Shown: positions 13,597 to 28,655 of the stretch, one piece after another | Layout: each line of letters opens with the position of its first letter | Numbering within the stretch: the first letter of the stretch is position 1 | Assembly (NCBI RefSeq): GCF_009914755.1 | Contig: NC_060930.1 | Source: the human T2T-CHM13v2.0 reference genome, Homo sapiens | DNA length: 64,000 nucleotides | Direction: 5' to 3' (one strand) | Translations under genes and position numbers: made by a program | Notes under the pieces: generated by a model | Seen by the model: only the letters and a program-made list of their open reading frames with translations | Database searches by the model: none | What the model was told of the DNA's origin: nothing

Positions 13597-14519
13597 TAAC
13601 ATTTTTCTATTTTAAAGGTGATAATGTGGAGAAAGGGACATATTTCAGAGAAATTGCTTTTTCTCCATGTGTTTTCATGTAGGGTGATACCTTCAGATAA
13701 ACTTTATTCTTTATCAGGATCATATCTACACAATTCCAGACACATTAAAATTGATTTTTACAGGAAAGCAACCAAAATTACACTGCTGTTTTCTCATGTA
13801 AAAATACACTTCAGATTTTAAAGTTCTTTAATAAACAGGAAATTTAATCATGCTCATTTTAAAATATTTATGGAGTAAAAGATTAATTAGCAAATATTGC
13901 CTGACATCTTCTGCCTGGTGAGGTCATGCGCTAGAAGGCATGGTCACTGTTCTCAGGGAGTTTTCAGTCTTGGGACACCATGATTGTGCCAGGAGTTCCG
14001 TGTGAACACTCCATAGCCAGGCTAACTTGACTTGAAACACAATCTCCACTGTCTTTTAACTTTGTAGTTATAAACCCATTACTTTACCTCAAGGATTCTC
14101 ACTTTTTCAAAACAGTGAGATCTCTTCCATTAAATGTGATACTGTACTTAACATCTTTACTAATAGTCTAATCATAAGTAAACAAACTTTTAACTTGTTA
14201 ATATCTGAAACAGTAAACAATACAAGACAATAAAATTAAGTTTAAGATTGTATGTACACACTTGTGTTGAGGGATTCAGAGAAAATGTAATTAATGGATA
14301 AAATGCCTGCACGGCACATGCTCATATCTGGGGTGTTCACTCACTGTGGTCTAATGTGTTGAGAATACAGCCTAAGGGATATGGAAAATTTCATCCAGCT
14401 AATACCTGTAATGTTTTCTGTCTTTTTGATCCTGAGGTTTCTACAATGGATTGAGAAGCTTAAGATGAGAATCAAACATGGATTCTCCTCTTAATTTCCT
14501 GAGGGGAGATGAGATAATA

Positions 14520-14720
14520 GCACTAATAATGATAGTAATATTAACAGCTCACACTTAAGTGGCTTCTTGGTGCCATTCTTTCAAAGCACCTTATATACAT
14601 TGATTCATAATTATCCACATAGCATACATGAAGAAACTGAGGCACATAAAGGTTAAATAACTCATCTAAAATTATAAAGATAGTAAACAGTAAAACAAAT
14701 ATAGGAACTCACGTAGTCTT
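14520..14720 (-). mobile_element. MIR
   Basis: 'atgaagaaactgaggcacataaaggttaaataactcatctaa' MIR core. Confidence 0.75.
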
Positions 14721-16924
14721 ATTGGTGTCCTTGCTACCATAAAAGAGTTTTAATAGCATTGGAACTGAACCTTGAAAGGAGACTAAAACTTACACAGCCA
14801 CAGATAGAAAAGAACAGGAATAATTTGAGGGAGACTGGGATAAAAATAAATGTTAATTAGAAGAGAGAAAATTCCCTGGTTAAACCTTACCACAATCCCC
14901 TGCTCTCCATAGCCTAAAGCCACATCAATGAATACATATCTTGAGAGAGAGAGACATCTGACAGAGATAGAGAAAGAGAGCCAGTCACTCAACTTTACCA
15001 GCCTACCTCTATCCTCACTGGCCACCCTCAAAATTATAAATGTTTTAGAACATTTTCTTTTCTTTTTTTCTCTCTTACATTCTTCAGCAGAACTTTAGAA
15101 AACTTTTAAAACTACTCCCCCACTTCTATCCTATTTATAAAGATTTGCTGACATAGCTTACATTGAAAATTTCTAATCATTCTATTTTTAATCCACTTGG
15201 ACTTAACCAAATAATGGAAATAAACATATCTTTTTAAATGATACTCCTATCCTCTGAGGAATACAATGGACCAAGTTCTCTGTATAGCCCTGAGGTGAAT
15301 TAAAGTTGATTGTTGGCTCTTTCTTTCTGGGTCCCAGGAAAACATGGGTCACCAAAAACATCCTCTAAGCACGACCATCAGCTTTCCAGCTATTGAACTT
15401 CCAAGGAACATTATTTGGTGCTTGGATTGAAGTTGCAGAAGGAAAGGCAAATACATTAATTCAGATCACCATCTTCCCATCTGCAATCTCATTACCAACA
15501 TATATTAGCCACATCCCATTCTCTTCTATCCTTTCCAAGTCTTTTCTCACGTGAGGATAGTGTCTGTTGAGTAATAACCCTTTTCCGTGAACCTCATGTA
15601 TCCTCTAAAGGATGTGCTACCCCACAATAAAAGGCTCTTACAGATACCCAAGCATCTACTGTGCTACTCTTTATTTCTCAGTCTTTCTATATTTCTAGTA
15701 TTTCCCTTCTGTTGCTTTTGGCTCCTACTCTTGCAATCATTCTTTTGACTCGTTTGTCCTGAATTTGTATCCAGGCTTTATTTAACTTTGGCATCTCTTC
15801 CAGAATATTAGTTTTAGGTGCCATGTGTCCCTACCTCGAAATGGACTGACTGTGGCTGCCTTCTCAACTCCTAAACCCTGCTCACTTACATCTGAAGCAG
15901 AAGAATCAGAGAGGATATAATAGATGCATTCAGCAGAACTATTGTGCAAGAAATTTGATTTGCTTTTGGCTACAGATGAAATCTTGAGAAAGCCTCTTAT
16001 ATAAGAATTCTATTGTAAGTATTTAGATGCTCCTGCAATAACAATAACTAATATACTACAGATATTTTAATTTGAAAGTTTCATCAATTTTGGCATCATA
16101 TACTTGGGACTTCTACGTTACAGGGTTGCTATTAATGTGAAAAAAGGCTTTATAATGATTAATTTGAGGCAGTGAGATAATATTTAACCAGTAGTAATAA
16201 TTAGACTCTATAGCTAGGAAGAGGAACACCCTGGGGAATCTAGCTGACAAGCCTAACATGTATGTTTTTTTCACAAGTTACTGTATTTCTCCAGTGTATC
16301 CAGGTCTCTTGTTTGATGAACATTCTATAAACACATGGATAATAAATTCTCTCAGAATGTTCACAGATCAAAAAATCAGTTGGGTACAGAAGAGCAGAAT
16401 CTGTAAATGGAGGACAGATTTAATACACGGAAAAGTTATTGTTCACTTTAGGCTAAAGGAAAAATAAAAGAATCTGAAAGAGTACATTTGGAAATTTAAA
16501 ATTTAGCTCTTAGCAATTATTGCAGATTATTTATTATCACCTCTCTTTATGTAGGCATTAAAAGACAGAGGTTAAAGACTTTTCCTAATTAGTGGGAGAC
16601 TTCTGGTTCCTAGGTAAGAACAGTTGAGGAATTTTTCAGCCTGTAATACAACTGTATTGTCCATATGTAACAGCAATTTTTATATTTTACTAGACTGATA
16701 GAGATTTAACTGACTTCTCCACTAGACAAATAAATATTGCAACAGTTTCAGAGCTAAATCTCCCAAGGCTCTACAACCTCTACTTTTTCTCCTGACTTGC
16801 AATCTCCTCCTATTCCAATCTTCCATCAAAACAGACAAACAAACCAACCAAGGGGCTAAAGCAGCGAGTGGCTGATCAATCATCAAACCCTTATGATTGG
16901 GTGTAAGGTGGAGAAGAAACATTA

Positions 16925-17116
16925 AGAGGCAATACGGCACGATGATTATGAATTTAGGCTTTGGAGCCAAATTGCTAGGTTTGGAATTTTGTCTCTGCCA
17001 TTCACCAGCTGTGTGACCTAAAGAAATTTGCCTAATTACTCTGTGCCTCAATTTCCTTATCTGTAAAATAGGTAAAGCTACTGAATGTACCTGAGGGTTT
17101 GTTATGGGAATTAAGT
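16925..17116 (+). mobile_element. MIR (well preserved)
   Basis: 'ggctttggagccaaattgctaggtttggaa...ctctgccattcaccagctgtgtgacct...ctctgtgcctcaatttccttatctgtaaaatagg'. Confidence 0.85.
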
Positions 17117-18074
17117 TTAAATTTTCAGAATAATTTTGATACTCTGAATTGAGACTGCTTAAAATGTGTCTAATACTGTAGAAATGTATTCTATAATTAT
17201 AAATTGAGATAGTACAAACATAATGGTTTATGGTTTTGATTTTTAATCAGAAGCAAAATCATATATTTTTTTACCTGGAGCTGTTTAGACCAGTTTATGA
17301 CAGTTGATCGATAAATTTTCAGAAATGTGAGCCAATTGATGTCGCCTTGGTAGCTTGATATCTGTCATGGTGAATTTTATACCACAAAAATCAGAAATTG
17401 GCCAGCAAATCCTACAAGTAAGCCCCTTCTCCCAGAGAAGTCACTGTGAAACATTACCTAGCACACCACTGGCTATGTTAGTGTTTTTAATTCTTTTTTT
17501 CAACAAATATTTGATAAGTGCCTGTTACATTCCGTGTGTGAGATGTATAAATGAACAAGACAAATATACAGCAACCAAGGACAGCAAAAAAATCCTTTAT
17601 TGTTTTAAATAGATTTATTAAAGCAGCAGTTAAAAGTAAACCATTAAAAAATCCATTTCCTATGTTATATTCCTCTTTCCTTCAAGACATTGTAATAATA
17701 GGTCTTTAAGATGTGGTCTAAATAGATAGAGACATCTGTTCTGGGATTCCTGCTAGAATCCATGGTTTATTGACCACGTATCCCCAGCCTATGCACAATG
17801 ACTGGCACACCTCAGGTACACAATAAATACTCATTGGATAAAAGGATAAATACAGAGGAGGTGTCTTGCAAAATCTCGAGGGTCAGAGCTGGGTTAGGAG
17901 TACCCGTCATCAGTCTTTTATAACTGGGTGATTGTGCTTTATGGTTATTAAATGTTTTTCTGTTTCTGTGCACACTGTCCATACCACAACTGTAAAAATT
18001 ATCTACATAATAACTAAATTTAGAGATCAGACATGTTTACATTGTATGGGAGTAGTTCTAACTATATAACAGCA

Positions 18075-18280
18075 AATAATTACCTGCATGTACAAGCTAC
18101 TGTTCTAAGCATTTTGCATAGATCACCTGAAATAATAGTGTTGAACTATACTGTGAGGTAGGTGGGTTCTGTCCCTATTTTACCAGTGAAGAAAGAAAAA
18201 CAAAGAGAGCTTAAATTGCTCCAAATTACATTTCTAGGGGTAAAGATTTAGGTTTAAACAGTTTAGGTGTGTAACTAACA
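18075..18280 (-). mobile_element. MIR
   Basis: 'actgttctaagcatttt...ctgtgaggtagg...tgtccctattttaccagtgaagaaa'. Confidence 0.65.
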
Positions 18281-18372
18281 CATTATTATTTTACAGCAAG
18301 TTGATTTATTTCACTTTTACCTCAGTTTTTCCTTTGATATTGGGAATTTTTCTCTAGAAAAAGCAAATTAAC

Positions 18373-19289
18373 CTGTTGTTTCCTGACTTTTTAATGATCG
18401 CTATTCTAACTGCTGTGAGATGGTATCTCATTGTGGTTTTGATTTGCATTTCTCTGATTACCAGTGATGATGAGCATTTTTTCACGTGTCTGTTGGCTGC
18501 ATAAATGTCTTCTTTTGAAGAAGTGTCTATTCATATCCTTTGTCCACTTTTTGATGGGGTTGTTTGATATTTTCTTGTAAATTTGTTCAAGTTCTTTGTA
18601 GATTCTGGATATTAGTCCTTTGTCAGATGGGTAGATTGCTGGAGAGGATGTGGAGAAATAGGAGTGATTTTACACTGTTGGTGGGAGTGTAAACTAGTGC
18701 AACCATTGTGGAAGACAGTGTGGCGATTCCTCAAGGATCTAGAACTAGAAATACCATTTGACCCAGCGATCCCATTATTGGGTATATACCCAAAGGATTA
18801 TATATCATGCTGCTGTAAAGACACATGCACATGTATGTTTATTGTGGCACTATTCACAATAGCAAAGACTTGGAACCAAGCCATATGTCCATCAATGATA
18901 GACTGGATTAAGAAAATGTGGCACATATACTCCATGGAATACTATGCAGCCATAAAAAAGGATGAGTTCATGTCCTTTGTAGGGACATGGATGAAGCTGG
19001 AAACCATCATTCTTAGCAAGCTATTACAAGGACAGAAAACCAAACACTGCATATTCTCACTCATAGGTGGGAATTGAACAATGAGAACACTTGGGTGGGG
19101 AACATCACACACTGGGGCCTGTCGTGGGGTGGGGGGATGGGGGAGGGATAGCATCAGGAGAAATACCTTATGTAAATGATAAGTTGATTGGTGCAGCAAA
19201 CCAACATGGCACATGTACACATATGTAACAAACCTGTGTGTTGTACACATGTACCCAAGAACTTAAAGTATAATTTAAACAAATAAGAA
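18373..19289 (+). mobile_element. 5'-truncated, 5'-inverted L1PA (approx. PA7/8) produced by twin priming
   Basis: 18373-18639 is antisense ORF2 sequence; 18637-19289 is the sense ORF2 end plus 3'UTR; TSD agaaaaagcaaattaac (18356-18372) / agaaaatgcaaattaac (19290-19306). Confidence 0.92.
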
Positions 19290-20507
19290 AGAAAATGCAA
19301 ATTAACTTCTATAACTAAGCCAATTCCCTGAGTTGGTCCTTTCAGTTCACAGAAAAGGTAAAACAGAACACACCCCTTATAAAAGGCAATTCACAGATCA
19401 GCCCAGTTTTGTTTGAGGAGAGTCAACTCTCCAAAGCTGATTCAGAGGAAAGCTGACTCAGGCTGTTGGGACCTTGAATGGACAGAACATGTCCAGAGCT
19501 GTTCCTTTGTGTTTGGGGACAGCTAAAATCTAGCTGGGTCAGTAAGTAACTTTGCCAGTCAATCTTACGTTGTGAATTACCATCCTTAGGGATGGGATGT
19601 TCTTTTGTCTCAAAAACAAATTAGAGAAGGAAAAGACACCATGAAACATGTTGTTCTTCTACTCAAAATCTTTAATGACTTCCTTATTTCCTAGAGCAGT
19701 GGAAACATTTTCATTTGTTTTAAATATGGAGCATTTTGGTTTATATTTTTTAAATTTTGTTTTACAAATTGAATAACTCATTCAAGTAATAATACTACTA
19801 TTAACAACAATACTACTAAACCTAGTATTACTAATAATACCCAAAGCTTAAATAATACTGACCAGTGCCAGTCACAGTTCTAAGAGAATGGATTTTTTAA
19901 AATATATATTTACTTAATCCTTTCAATAACACTTAATGGGTGTTTTTACAATAACGCACTTTAAGAAGTTAAATAATGTGCCAAGCTAGTACGTGGTAGA
20001 TTCCTGTTATGTAATACATGTATAAAATGTCTAAATAGAAGCATATAATAATTTAAGTTGCACAATTACAAAGCTTGAAGGTCACTGTGCTTGAAAGTAA
20101 ACTATTTGAAATTTGAAGAATATAGGTGTGGCAGGAGGGAGAAAGGGAGGAAAGATAAGAATCAAGAATTATTAGTGAGAATTGTGATTATCCATGACCT
20201 CTTCACATGTATTTTTTTGCTGCCCCCATTCACACAAGACCATACATTCTCATTGTTTCTAAACAACACCCTATTTCTCCCTTCTAAGCCTATTCCCTTC
20301 ACTCCTTCTAACTGAGATGCTTTTTCGTCAAACAGCACTTCTGTAAACCCTACCCATCCTGTTCAAGGTCACTATTGTGTGGTACTCAATCCAGAGGGTA
20401 TCCCCTGCCCTTAGGTAGAGGCCATGTGGGATCCACCACTCTCAGCCCTGCAGTCCTATGGCATTTTACCTCATTTAGAGATGGCTTCCTAACCTGATAG
20501 TGTTTGC

Positions 20508-20533
<26 letters not shown>
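20508..20533 (+). repeat. Poly(A) 26-mer
   Basis: Homopolymer run with no obvious attached element. Confidence 0.9.
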
Positions 20534-20538
<5 letters not shown>

Positions 20539-22160
20539 TCGTTAACTTCAGTATTTAGAAGTAGGGAAACATGACTTATTGTCTTTTTCTCTCCCAAAAT
20601 AGATGTAGTATTGCAAAAGAAACATTTTCTAGCAATTAGAGTTGACCATCAGTGAAAAGCTGAACTCTAATAAGCTCAAATCAGTAATAACTGACTAATG
20701 AAGACATTATTAGGAGAACATAATAACTACATTTTATAATATTGAAAATGGGATCAACATATATTTTAAAAAGTAAATGTATGTAATTACTAAATACAGT
20801 CTTTAGTCATTACACTATTGATTTTTTCACTTTTGAAAATTAATCATTCGAAGTGGAGTCAACTTTAGAAATTTTTAAAATAAAAACTGACCGATATATT
20901 AGAGACATCCAGTATTGCCTCTTACTTCACAGCCAAGATTCACAGGACTTTGCTTCCCCAATTTTCATATTGTGAGTCAACTTCCCCCATGATACTTTGA
21001 CCTGAGCATGTTAAGGTACAGTGAGCATTTACATTTACATCCCCTTACCTAGAAAATAGTAACTGTGACGTAAACAATAAGTTGAATAAATGTAACTCAA
21101 AGAATACTAAATGCATGAAAGAATGAGAAATTATATAACTTGACTTGCAAACTGCATTTTCTATCCAACGTTCCTTCTAGCCTACTAGTTTTTGTCTCTA
21201 AGGTTGTTGCTGCTGACTATTTCAATCTTAAAAATATATTAGTGAATAAGTGTTATAAGCTAATATTATAAACACGCAGAGACATAAGTCTTTTTCCTTG
21301 ACACAGATGTAAGAAAATGGGCTAAAAATATTACCTTATAAAGAAAAGAAACAATAGTTTTGCATAAAATGTTTCAATCTTCGGTAAAGCATAAAAAATG
21401 TTGATATCTTCCAGTATGCAAAAGTTTTTATACATGTTTATTCTATGTTTTCCTTGTGTAAAACATGTTACTGTATTAAAACAAGTAAATTAATTCCACC
21501 TAGATCATTTTTATATTTTGAAACACTAAAAATCTAACAACTGAGACATCTAACTAGGAAATTATGATCAATGCATTAGGAAAACAAATTTCCACACTTC
21601 ATTTATAAGTTTAGTGTTTTTAAGTCTAAGTTACATATTTTGTAGTACACTTAAGTATTCTGACCTAGAATTAATATGGAAACCCTGAAAATATATGGAA
21701 TTTTGCTTTGCATATTTTCACAGAAGTCATGTTTTGGTCCTAAAGAAAAGAAAATTTTCTAATGTTTGCCATCCCAGAACAATGATGAAATATATACATA
21801 GGTCTAAAGTAGTGAGAGGCAAACTATGACATCCTTGCAAAGGGACAAAGAAAATATTTAAGTAAATTTTGTGGCTAGCTATTGTAAATGGGAACTTCAT
21901 AACTTGAACTTGGGGAAGAAAGAACATCATTTATCATTTACAGATGTAATTATGTTCTTTATAACAGACTGATGTGAATAATTACCAGGTAATTTTGCCA
22001 GCCTTCAATTTAAAAGCCTGTAGTTCTGTTATAAGAAAGCAAAGACCATGAACAATTCAGACTTTCTAAATCTTTGTAATCTAAAGACCTGTGGTATATC
22101 ATTTTCTGTGTTTCCTGGATTCCCAGGAGAATATTGGCTATCAATGAACAGTTGATTCTT

Positions 22161-25100
22161 TTTTATTTTATTTTTACATAAGTTATTGGCATACAGGTGG
22201 TATTTGGTTACATGAATAAGTTCTGTAGTGGTGATTTGTGAGACTTTGGTGCACCCATCACCCAAGCAGTATACACTGCACCACATTTGTCATCTTTTAT
22301 CCTTTGTGCTCCTCCCGCCCTTTCCCCCAAGTCCCCAAAGTCCATTGTATCATTCTTATGCCTTTGTGTCCTCATTGCTTAGCTCCCACGTATAAGTGAG
22401 AACATAAAATGTTTGGTTTTTCATTCCTGCCTTACTTCACTTAGAATAATAGTCTCCAATGTCATCCAGGTCATTGAAAATGCTGCTAAATCATTCCTTT
22501 TTATGGCTGCGAAGCACTCCTTTGTACACATTTACCACAGTTTCTTTATCCACTTGTTGATTGATGGGCATTTAGGTTGGTTCCACGATTTTGCAATGGT
22601 GAATTGTGCTGCTATAAACATGCATGTGCAAGTGTCTTTTTCGAATAATGACTTCTTTTCCTCTGGGTAGACACCCAGTAGTGGGATTGCTGGATCAAAA
22701 GGTAGTTCTACATTTAATTCTTTAAGGAAACTCCACACTCTTTTCCACAGTGGCTGTACGAGTTTACATTCCCACCAGCAGTGTAGAAATGTTCCCTGTT
22801 CACCGCACCCATGCCAACATCTACTGTTTTATGACTTTTTGATTATGGCCATTCTTGGAGGAGTAAGGTGGTATCACATTGTGGTTTTGATTTGCATTTC
22901 TCTGATCATTAGTGATGTTGAGCATGTGTTCATATGTTTGTTGGCTATTTGTATATCTTCTTTTGAGAATTGTCTATTCATATCCTTAGCCCACTTTTTG
23001 ATGGTATTTTTTTTTCTTACTGATTTGTTCGAGTTTGTTGTCGATTCTGGATATTACTCCTTTCTCGGATGTACAGATTGTGAAGATTTTCTCCCAGTTT
23101 GTGGGTTGTCTGTTTACTCTGCTGACTATTCCTTTTGCTGTGCAAAAGCTCTTTAGTTTATTTAGGTCCCAGCTATTTCTTTTTGTTTTTATTGCATTTG
23201 CTTTTGGGTGCTTGGTCATGAAATCCTTGCCTAAGCCAATGTCTAGAAGGGTTTTTTTCCAGGGTTATCTTCTAGAATTTTTATAGTTTCAGGTCTTAGA
23301 TTTAAGTCTTTAATCCATCTTGAGTTAATTTTTGTATAAGGTGAGAGGGGAGGATTCAGTTTTATTCTCCTACATGTGGCTAGCCAATTATCCCAGGGCC
23401 ATTTGTTGAAAAGGATGTCCTTTCCCCACTTTATGTTTTTGTTTGCTTTGTTGAAGATCAGTAGGCAGTTATTATTTGGGGTTATTTCTGAGTTCTCTAT
23501 TCTGTTCCACTGGCCTATGTGCCTATTTTTATACCAATATCATGCAGTTTTGGTGACTATGGCCTTATAATATAGTTTGAAATCAGGTGGTGTGATGCCT
23601 CAAGATTTGTTCTTTTTGCTTAGTCTTGCTTTGACAATGCAGGCTCTTTTTTGGCTCCATATGAATTTTAGAATTGTTTTTTCTAATTCTGCGAAGAATG
23701 GTGGTGGTATTTTAAAGAGAATTTCACTGAATTTGTAGATTGTTTTTGGCAGAATGGTCATTTTCACAATATTGATTCTACCCGTCCATGAGCATGGGAT
23801 GTGTTTCCATTTGCTCATGTCATCTATGATTTCTTTCAGCAGTGTTTTCTGTAACGGTCTTTGGACTGTTTGGTTAGGTATATTCCTATTTTAATTTTTT
23901 TGTAGCTATTACAAAAAAGGGTTGAGTTCTTGATTTGATTCTCCACTTGGACGCTGTTGGTGTATAGAAGAGCTATTGATTTGTGTATATTATGTATCCA
24001 GAAACTTTGCTGAATTCTTTTATCAGTTCTAGGAACTTTCTGGAGGAGTCCTTGGGGTTTTCAAGGTAAACGATCATATCATCAGCAAACAGTTACAGTT
24101 CGACTTTCTCTTTACTGATTTGAATGCCCATTATTTCTTTCTCTGGTCTGATTGCTCTGGCTAGGATTTCCAGTACTATGTTGAAGAGGAGTGGTGAGAG
24201 TGGGCATTGTCTTGTTCAATTTTCACAGGGAATGCTTTCAACTTTTCCCCATTCAGTATTATGTTGGCTGTGGTTTGTCATAGATGGCTTTTATTACATT
24301 AAGGCTTGTCCCTTGTATGCCGATTTTGTTGAGAGTTTTAATCATAAAGGGATGCTGGATTTTGCTGAATTCTTTTCTGCATCTATTGAGATGACCATGT
24401 GATTTTTGTTTTTAATTCTGTTTATGTGGCTTATCACATTTATTGACTTGCATATGTTAAACCATCCCTGCATCCCTGGTATGAAACACACTTGATCATG
24501 GTGAGCTGTCTTTTTGATATGTTGTTGGATTCAGTTAGCTAGTATTTTATTAAGGATTTTAGCATCTATGTTCATCAATGATATTGGTCTGTAGTTTTCT
24601 TTTTTGGTTGTGTCCTTTCCTAGTTTTGGTATTAGAGTGATGCTGGCTTTATAGAACGAGTTAGGGAGGGTTCCTTCTTTCTCCATCTTGTGGAATAGTG
24701 TCAAAAGGATTTGTATGAACTCTACTTTGAATGTCTGTTGTGAATCCGTCTGGTGCTGGACTTTTCTTTTTGGTAATTTTTGCATTACCATTTCAGTCTC
24801 GCTGCTTATTTGTGGTCTTTTCAGGGTATCTAATTCTTACCTTTTTTAAGCTAGGAGAGTTGTATTTTTCCAGGATTTTATCCATGTGTTCTAGGTTTTC
24901 TAGTTTATGTGCATAAAGGTGTTCATAATAGCCTTGAATGATCTTTTGTATTTCAGTGGTGTCAGTTGTAATAACTCTTGTTTTCTTATTGAGGTTATTT
25001 GGATTTTCTCTTTCTTTCTTGGTTAATCTTGCTAACGGTCTATCAATTTTATTTACCTTTTCAAAGAAATAGCTTTTTGTTTCATTTATCTTTTGTAATT

Positions 25101-28100
25101 TTTTTGTTTGTTTCAATTTTATTTAGTTCTGTTCTGATCTTGGTTATTTACTTTCTTCTACTGGGTTTGGGTTTGGTTGGTTCTTGTTTCTCTACTTCCT
25201 TGAGATGTAGCCTTAGATTGTTTGTGCTCCTTTGGACTTTTTGATGTAGGCATTTAAGCTATGAACTTTCCTCTTAGCACCATATTTGCTGTATCCCAGA
25301 GGTTTTGAAGGTTGTGTCATTATTGTCATTCAAGTCAAATAATTTTTTAACTTTCATCTTTATTTGGTTTTGACCCAGTGCTCATTCAGGAGCAGGTTAT
25401 TTAATTTCCATGTATTTGCATGGTTCTGAAGGTTCCTTCTGGAGTTGATTTCCAGTTTTCTTCCACTGTGGTCTGAGAAAGTGCTTGATAAAATTTGATT
25501 TTTTAAAAATTTATTGAGGCTTGTTTTATGGCCTATCATATGGTCTATCTTAGAGAAAGTTACATGCACTGAATAGGTGTATATGAATGTGTATTCTGCA
25601 GTTATTGGATGAAATGTTCTGTATATATCTGTTAATTTGTTCCAAGGTATAGTTTAAATCCATTGTTTCTTTGTTGACATTCTGTCTTGATGACCTGTCT
25701 AGTGCTGTCAGTGGAGTATTGAAGTCCCCCACTATTATTGTATTGTTGCCTATCTCATTTCTTAGGTCAAGTAGTAATTGTTTTACAAATTTGGGAGCTC
25801 CAGTGTTAGGCACATACGTGTTTAGGATTGTGATACTTTCCTGTTGTAAAGGTCTTTTACCATTATATAATGTCCCCCTTTGTCTCTTTTAACCACTGTT
25901 GCTTTAAAGTTTGTTTTGTCCGATATAAAAATAGCAATCCCTGCTTGCTTTTGGTGTCCATTTGTATGAAATGCCTTTTTCCACCCTTTAAGTTTATGTG
26001 AGTCCTTATGTACTATGAGTCTCCTGAACGCAGCAGATAGTTGGTTGGTGAGTTCTTATTCATCCCATGGTCCTGTATCTTTCAAGTGGAGCATTTAGGC
26101 CTTTTACATTCAATGTTAGTGTTGAAATGTGAGGTACCATTGCATTCATCATGCTCTTTGTTGCCTAAGTACTTTGGGGGGTTTTTGTTGTTGTTTTTTG
26201 CTTTTGCTTTTTAGCTTGTATTTTTGTTTTATAGGTCCCGTGAGATTTATGCTTTAAAGAGGTTCTGTTTTGATGTGTTTCCAGGATTTGTTTCACGATT
26301 TAGAGCTCCTTTTAGCAGCTCTTGTAGTTGAGGCTTGGTAATGGCAAATTCTCTCAGCATATCTTTGTCTGAAAATGACTGTATCTTTCTTTCATATATG
26401 ATGCTTAGTTTTGCTGGATACAAAATTCTTGGGTGATAATTGTTTTTTTTTTTTTTTTTTTGAGGAGGCTGAAGATAGGGCCCCAATTCCTTCTAGCTTT
26501 TATGGTTTCTGCTGAGAGATCTGGTGTTAATCTGATAGGTTTTCCTTTATAGGTTACCTGGTGCTTCTGTCTCACAGCTCTTAAGATTCTTTCATTTTAA
26601 CATTGGATAACCTGATAATAATGTGCCTAGGTGATGATTTTCTTTGTGATGAATTTCCCACGTGTCCTTTGTGCTTCTTGTATTTGGATGTTTAGGTCTC
26701 TAGCTAGGCTGGGGAAGTTTTCCTCAATTATTCCCCCAAATATGTTTTTCAAGCTTTTAGGGTTCTCTTCTTCCTCAGAAAGGCCAATTATTCTTAGATT
26801 TGGTCATTTAACATAACCCTTTACTTCTTGGAACCTTTGTTCATGTTTTCATATTTTTTCTTGGTCTCTGTTGGATTAGGTTAATTAGAAGACCTTGTCT
26901 TTGAGCTCTGACTTTCTTTCTTCTACTGTTCAATTCTATTGCTGAGACTTTCCAGAGCATTTCACATTTCTAAAAGTGTATCCAAAGTTTCCTGAATTTT
27001 TTATTGTTTTTTTCTTTAAGCTATCTATTTCATTGACTATTTCTCCCTTCACTTCTTGTATCGTTTTTTGGAATTTTCTTTCATTGGGCTTCATCTTTCT
27101 CTGGTGTCTCCCTGATTAGCTTAATAACTAACCTCCTGAATTCTTTTTCAGGTAAATCAGGGATTTCTTCTTGATTTGAATCCATTGCTGGTGAACTAGT
27201 GTGATTTTTTGGGGGGTGTTGAAGAGCCTTGTTTTGTCATATTACCATGGTTGGTTTTCTGGTTCCTTCTCATTTGGGTAGGCTCTGTCATATGAAAGGT
27301 CTAGGGCTGAAAGGCTGTTGCTCAGATTCTTTTGTCCCATGGGGTATTCCCTTGATATAGTACTTCCCCTCTTTTCCAATGGATGTAGCTTCCTATGAGC
27401 CGAACTGCAGTGATTATCATCTCTCTTCTGGGTCTAGCCACCCAGCAAGTCTATGGGGCTCTGGGCTGGTTCTGGGGGTTGTCTGCACAGAGTCCTGTGA
27501 TATGAACCATCTATGGGTCTCTAAGCTGTGGATACCAGTGCCTGTTCTGGTGGAGGTGGCAGAGGGTGCAATGGACTCTGTGAGGGTCCGTAGCTTTGGT
27601 GGTTTAATGCTCTATTTTTGTGCTGGTTGGCCTCCTGTCAGGAGGTCTTTCCAGAAAGCATCAGCTGTAATAGTGTGGTGAGGGACTGGTGTTGGGCGGG
27701 GTCCTAGAACTCCCAAGATTCTATGCCATTTTTCTTCCACTACCAGGATGGATAGGAAAGAACCATCATGGGGGGCTGGGGCTAGGCATGTCTGAGCTCA
27801 GACTCTCCTTGGGCAGATCTTGTCATGGCTGCTATGGGGAATGGGAGTGAGATTCCCAGGTCACTGGAGTTGTGTACTTAGGAGGATTATGGCTGCCTCT
27901 GCTGAGTCATGCAGGTTGTCAGAGAAGTCACGGAAAACCAGCAATCACAGGCCTCACCCAGCATCCATGCAAACCAAAGAGTCAGTCTTATTCCCACTGT
28001 GCCCCCACCAACATCTCTGAGTCCATTTCCAGGTGGAAGATGAGAAGGGCTTGAAAACTTGCCCAAGGCTATCCGCCTCCCAGCTGTGAAAGGACCTGTG

Positions 28101-28653
28101 AAGTCTGCACACCTGATTCATGGCCTTCTGTGAGTTCTGGCCAGGAGGCTTCTCCCCACATTCAAATTGTTACAATGTTTGGCTAGAGAATTCTTTCTCT
28201 CTGTGGACGTTTACCCCCTGCTCCTCTGGCTACCCTCCCAATGGATCCCTGTGGTGCCAGGCAGGAATGGGCTGCTTGGGGACCCAGCGAGCTCCCAGTG
28301 CCTTTCTCCTGCTTCTTCTACCCCTGTATTTCACTCAGCTCTCTAACTTGACTCAGCTCCAGGTCAAGTCAGAAACTTCTCCCACAAACAGACCTTCAGC
28401 TTCTCCAGCAGTGGTGTGTGTTCAGGACAGGAAAGTCTCCCTTTCCCACTTCTGCAGTTGGGGCACTTATAGTATTTGGGGCATCTTCCAGGTCCTGCCG
28501 GAGCAGACCACTTCCTTCAGAGGGTCTGTGGGTCCTCTTGGGATTGCTGGTTTGTTCTTGCAGTCTATCTGGAGCTAATATTCACAATGCAAGCCTCTGG
28601 ATGCTACTCTGTCTGGAGCTGCAATCTATTCCTGCCCACATCCACCATGATCC
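22161..28653 (-). mobile_element. Full-length L1PB1 (L1PBa-type 5'UTR), ORF1 and ORF2 fragmented
   Basis: L1PB1-type 3' end 'cataagttattggcatacaggtggtatttgg'; minus-strand ORF2 peptides ([29 protein letters not shown]) and ORF1 peptide (RILYPAKLS); TSD aacagttgattctt (22147-22160) / aatagttgactctt (28654-28667). Confidence 0.92.
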
Positions 28654-28655
28654 AA

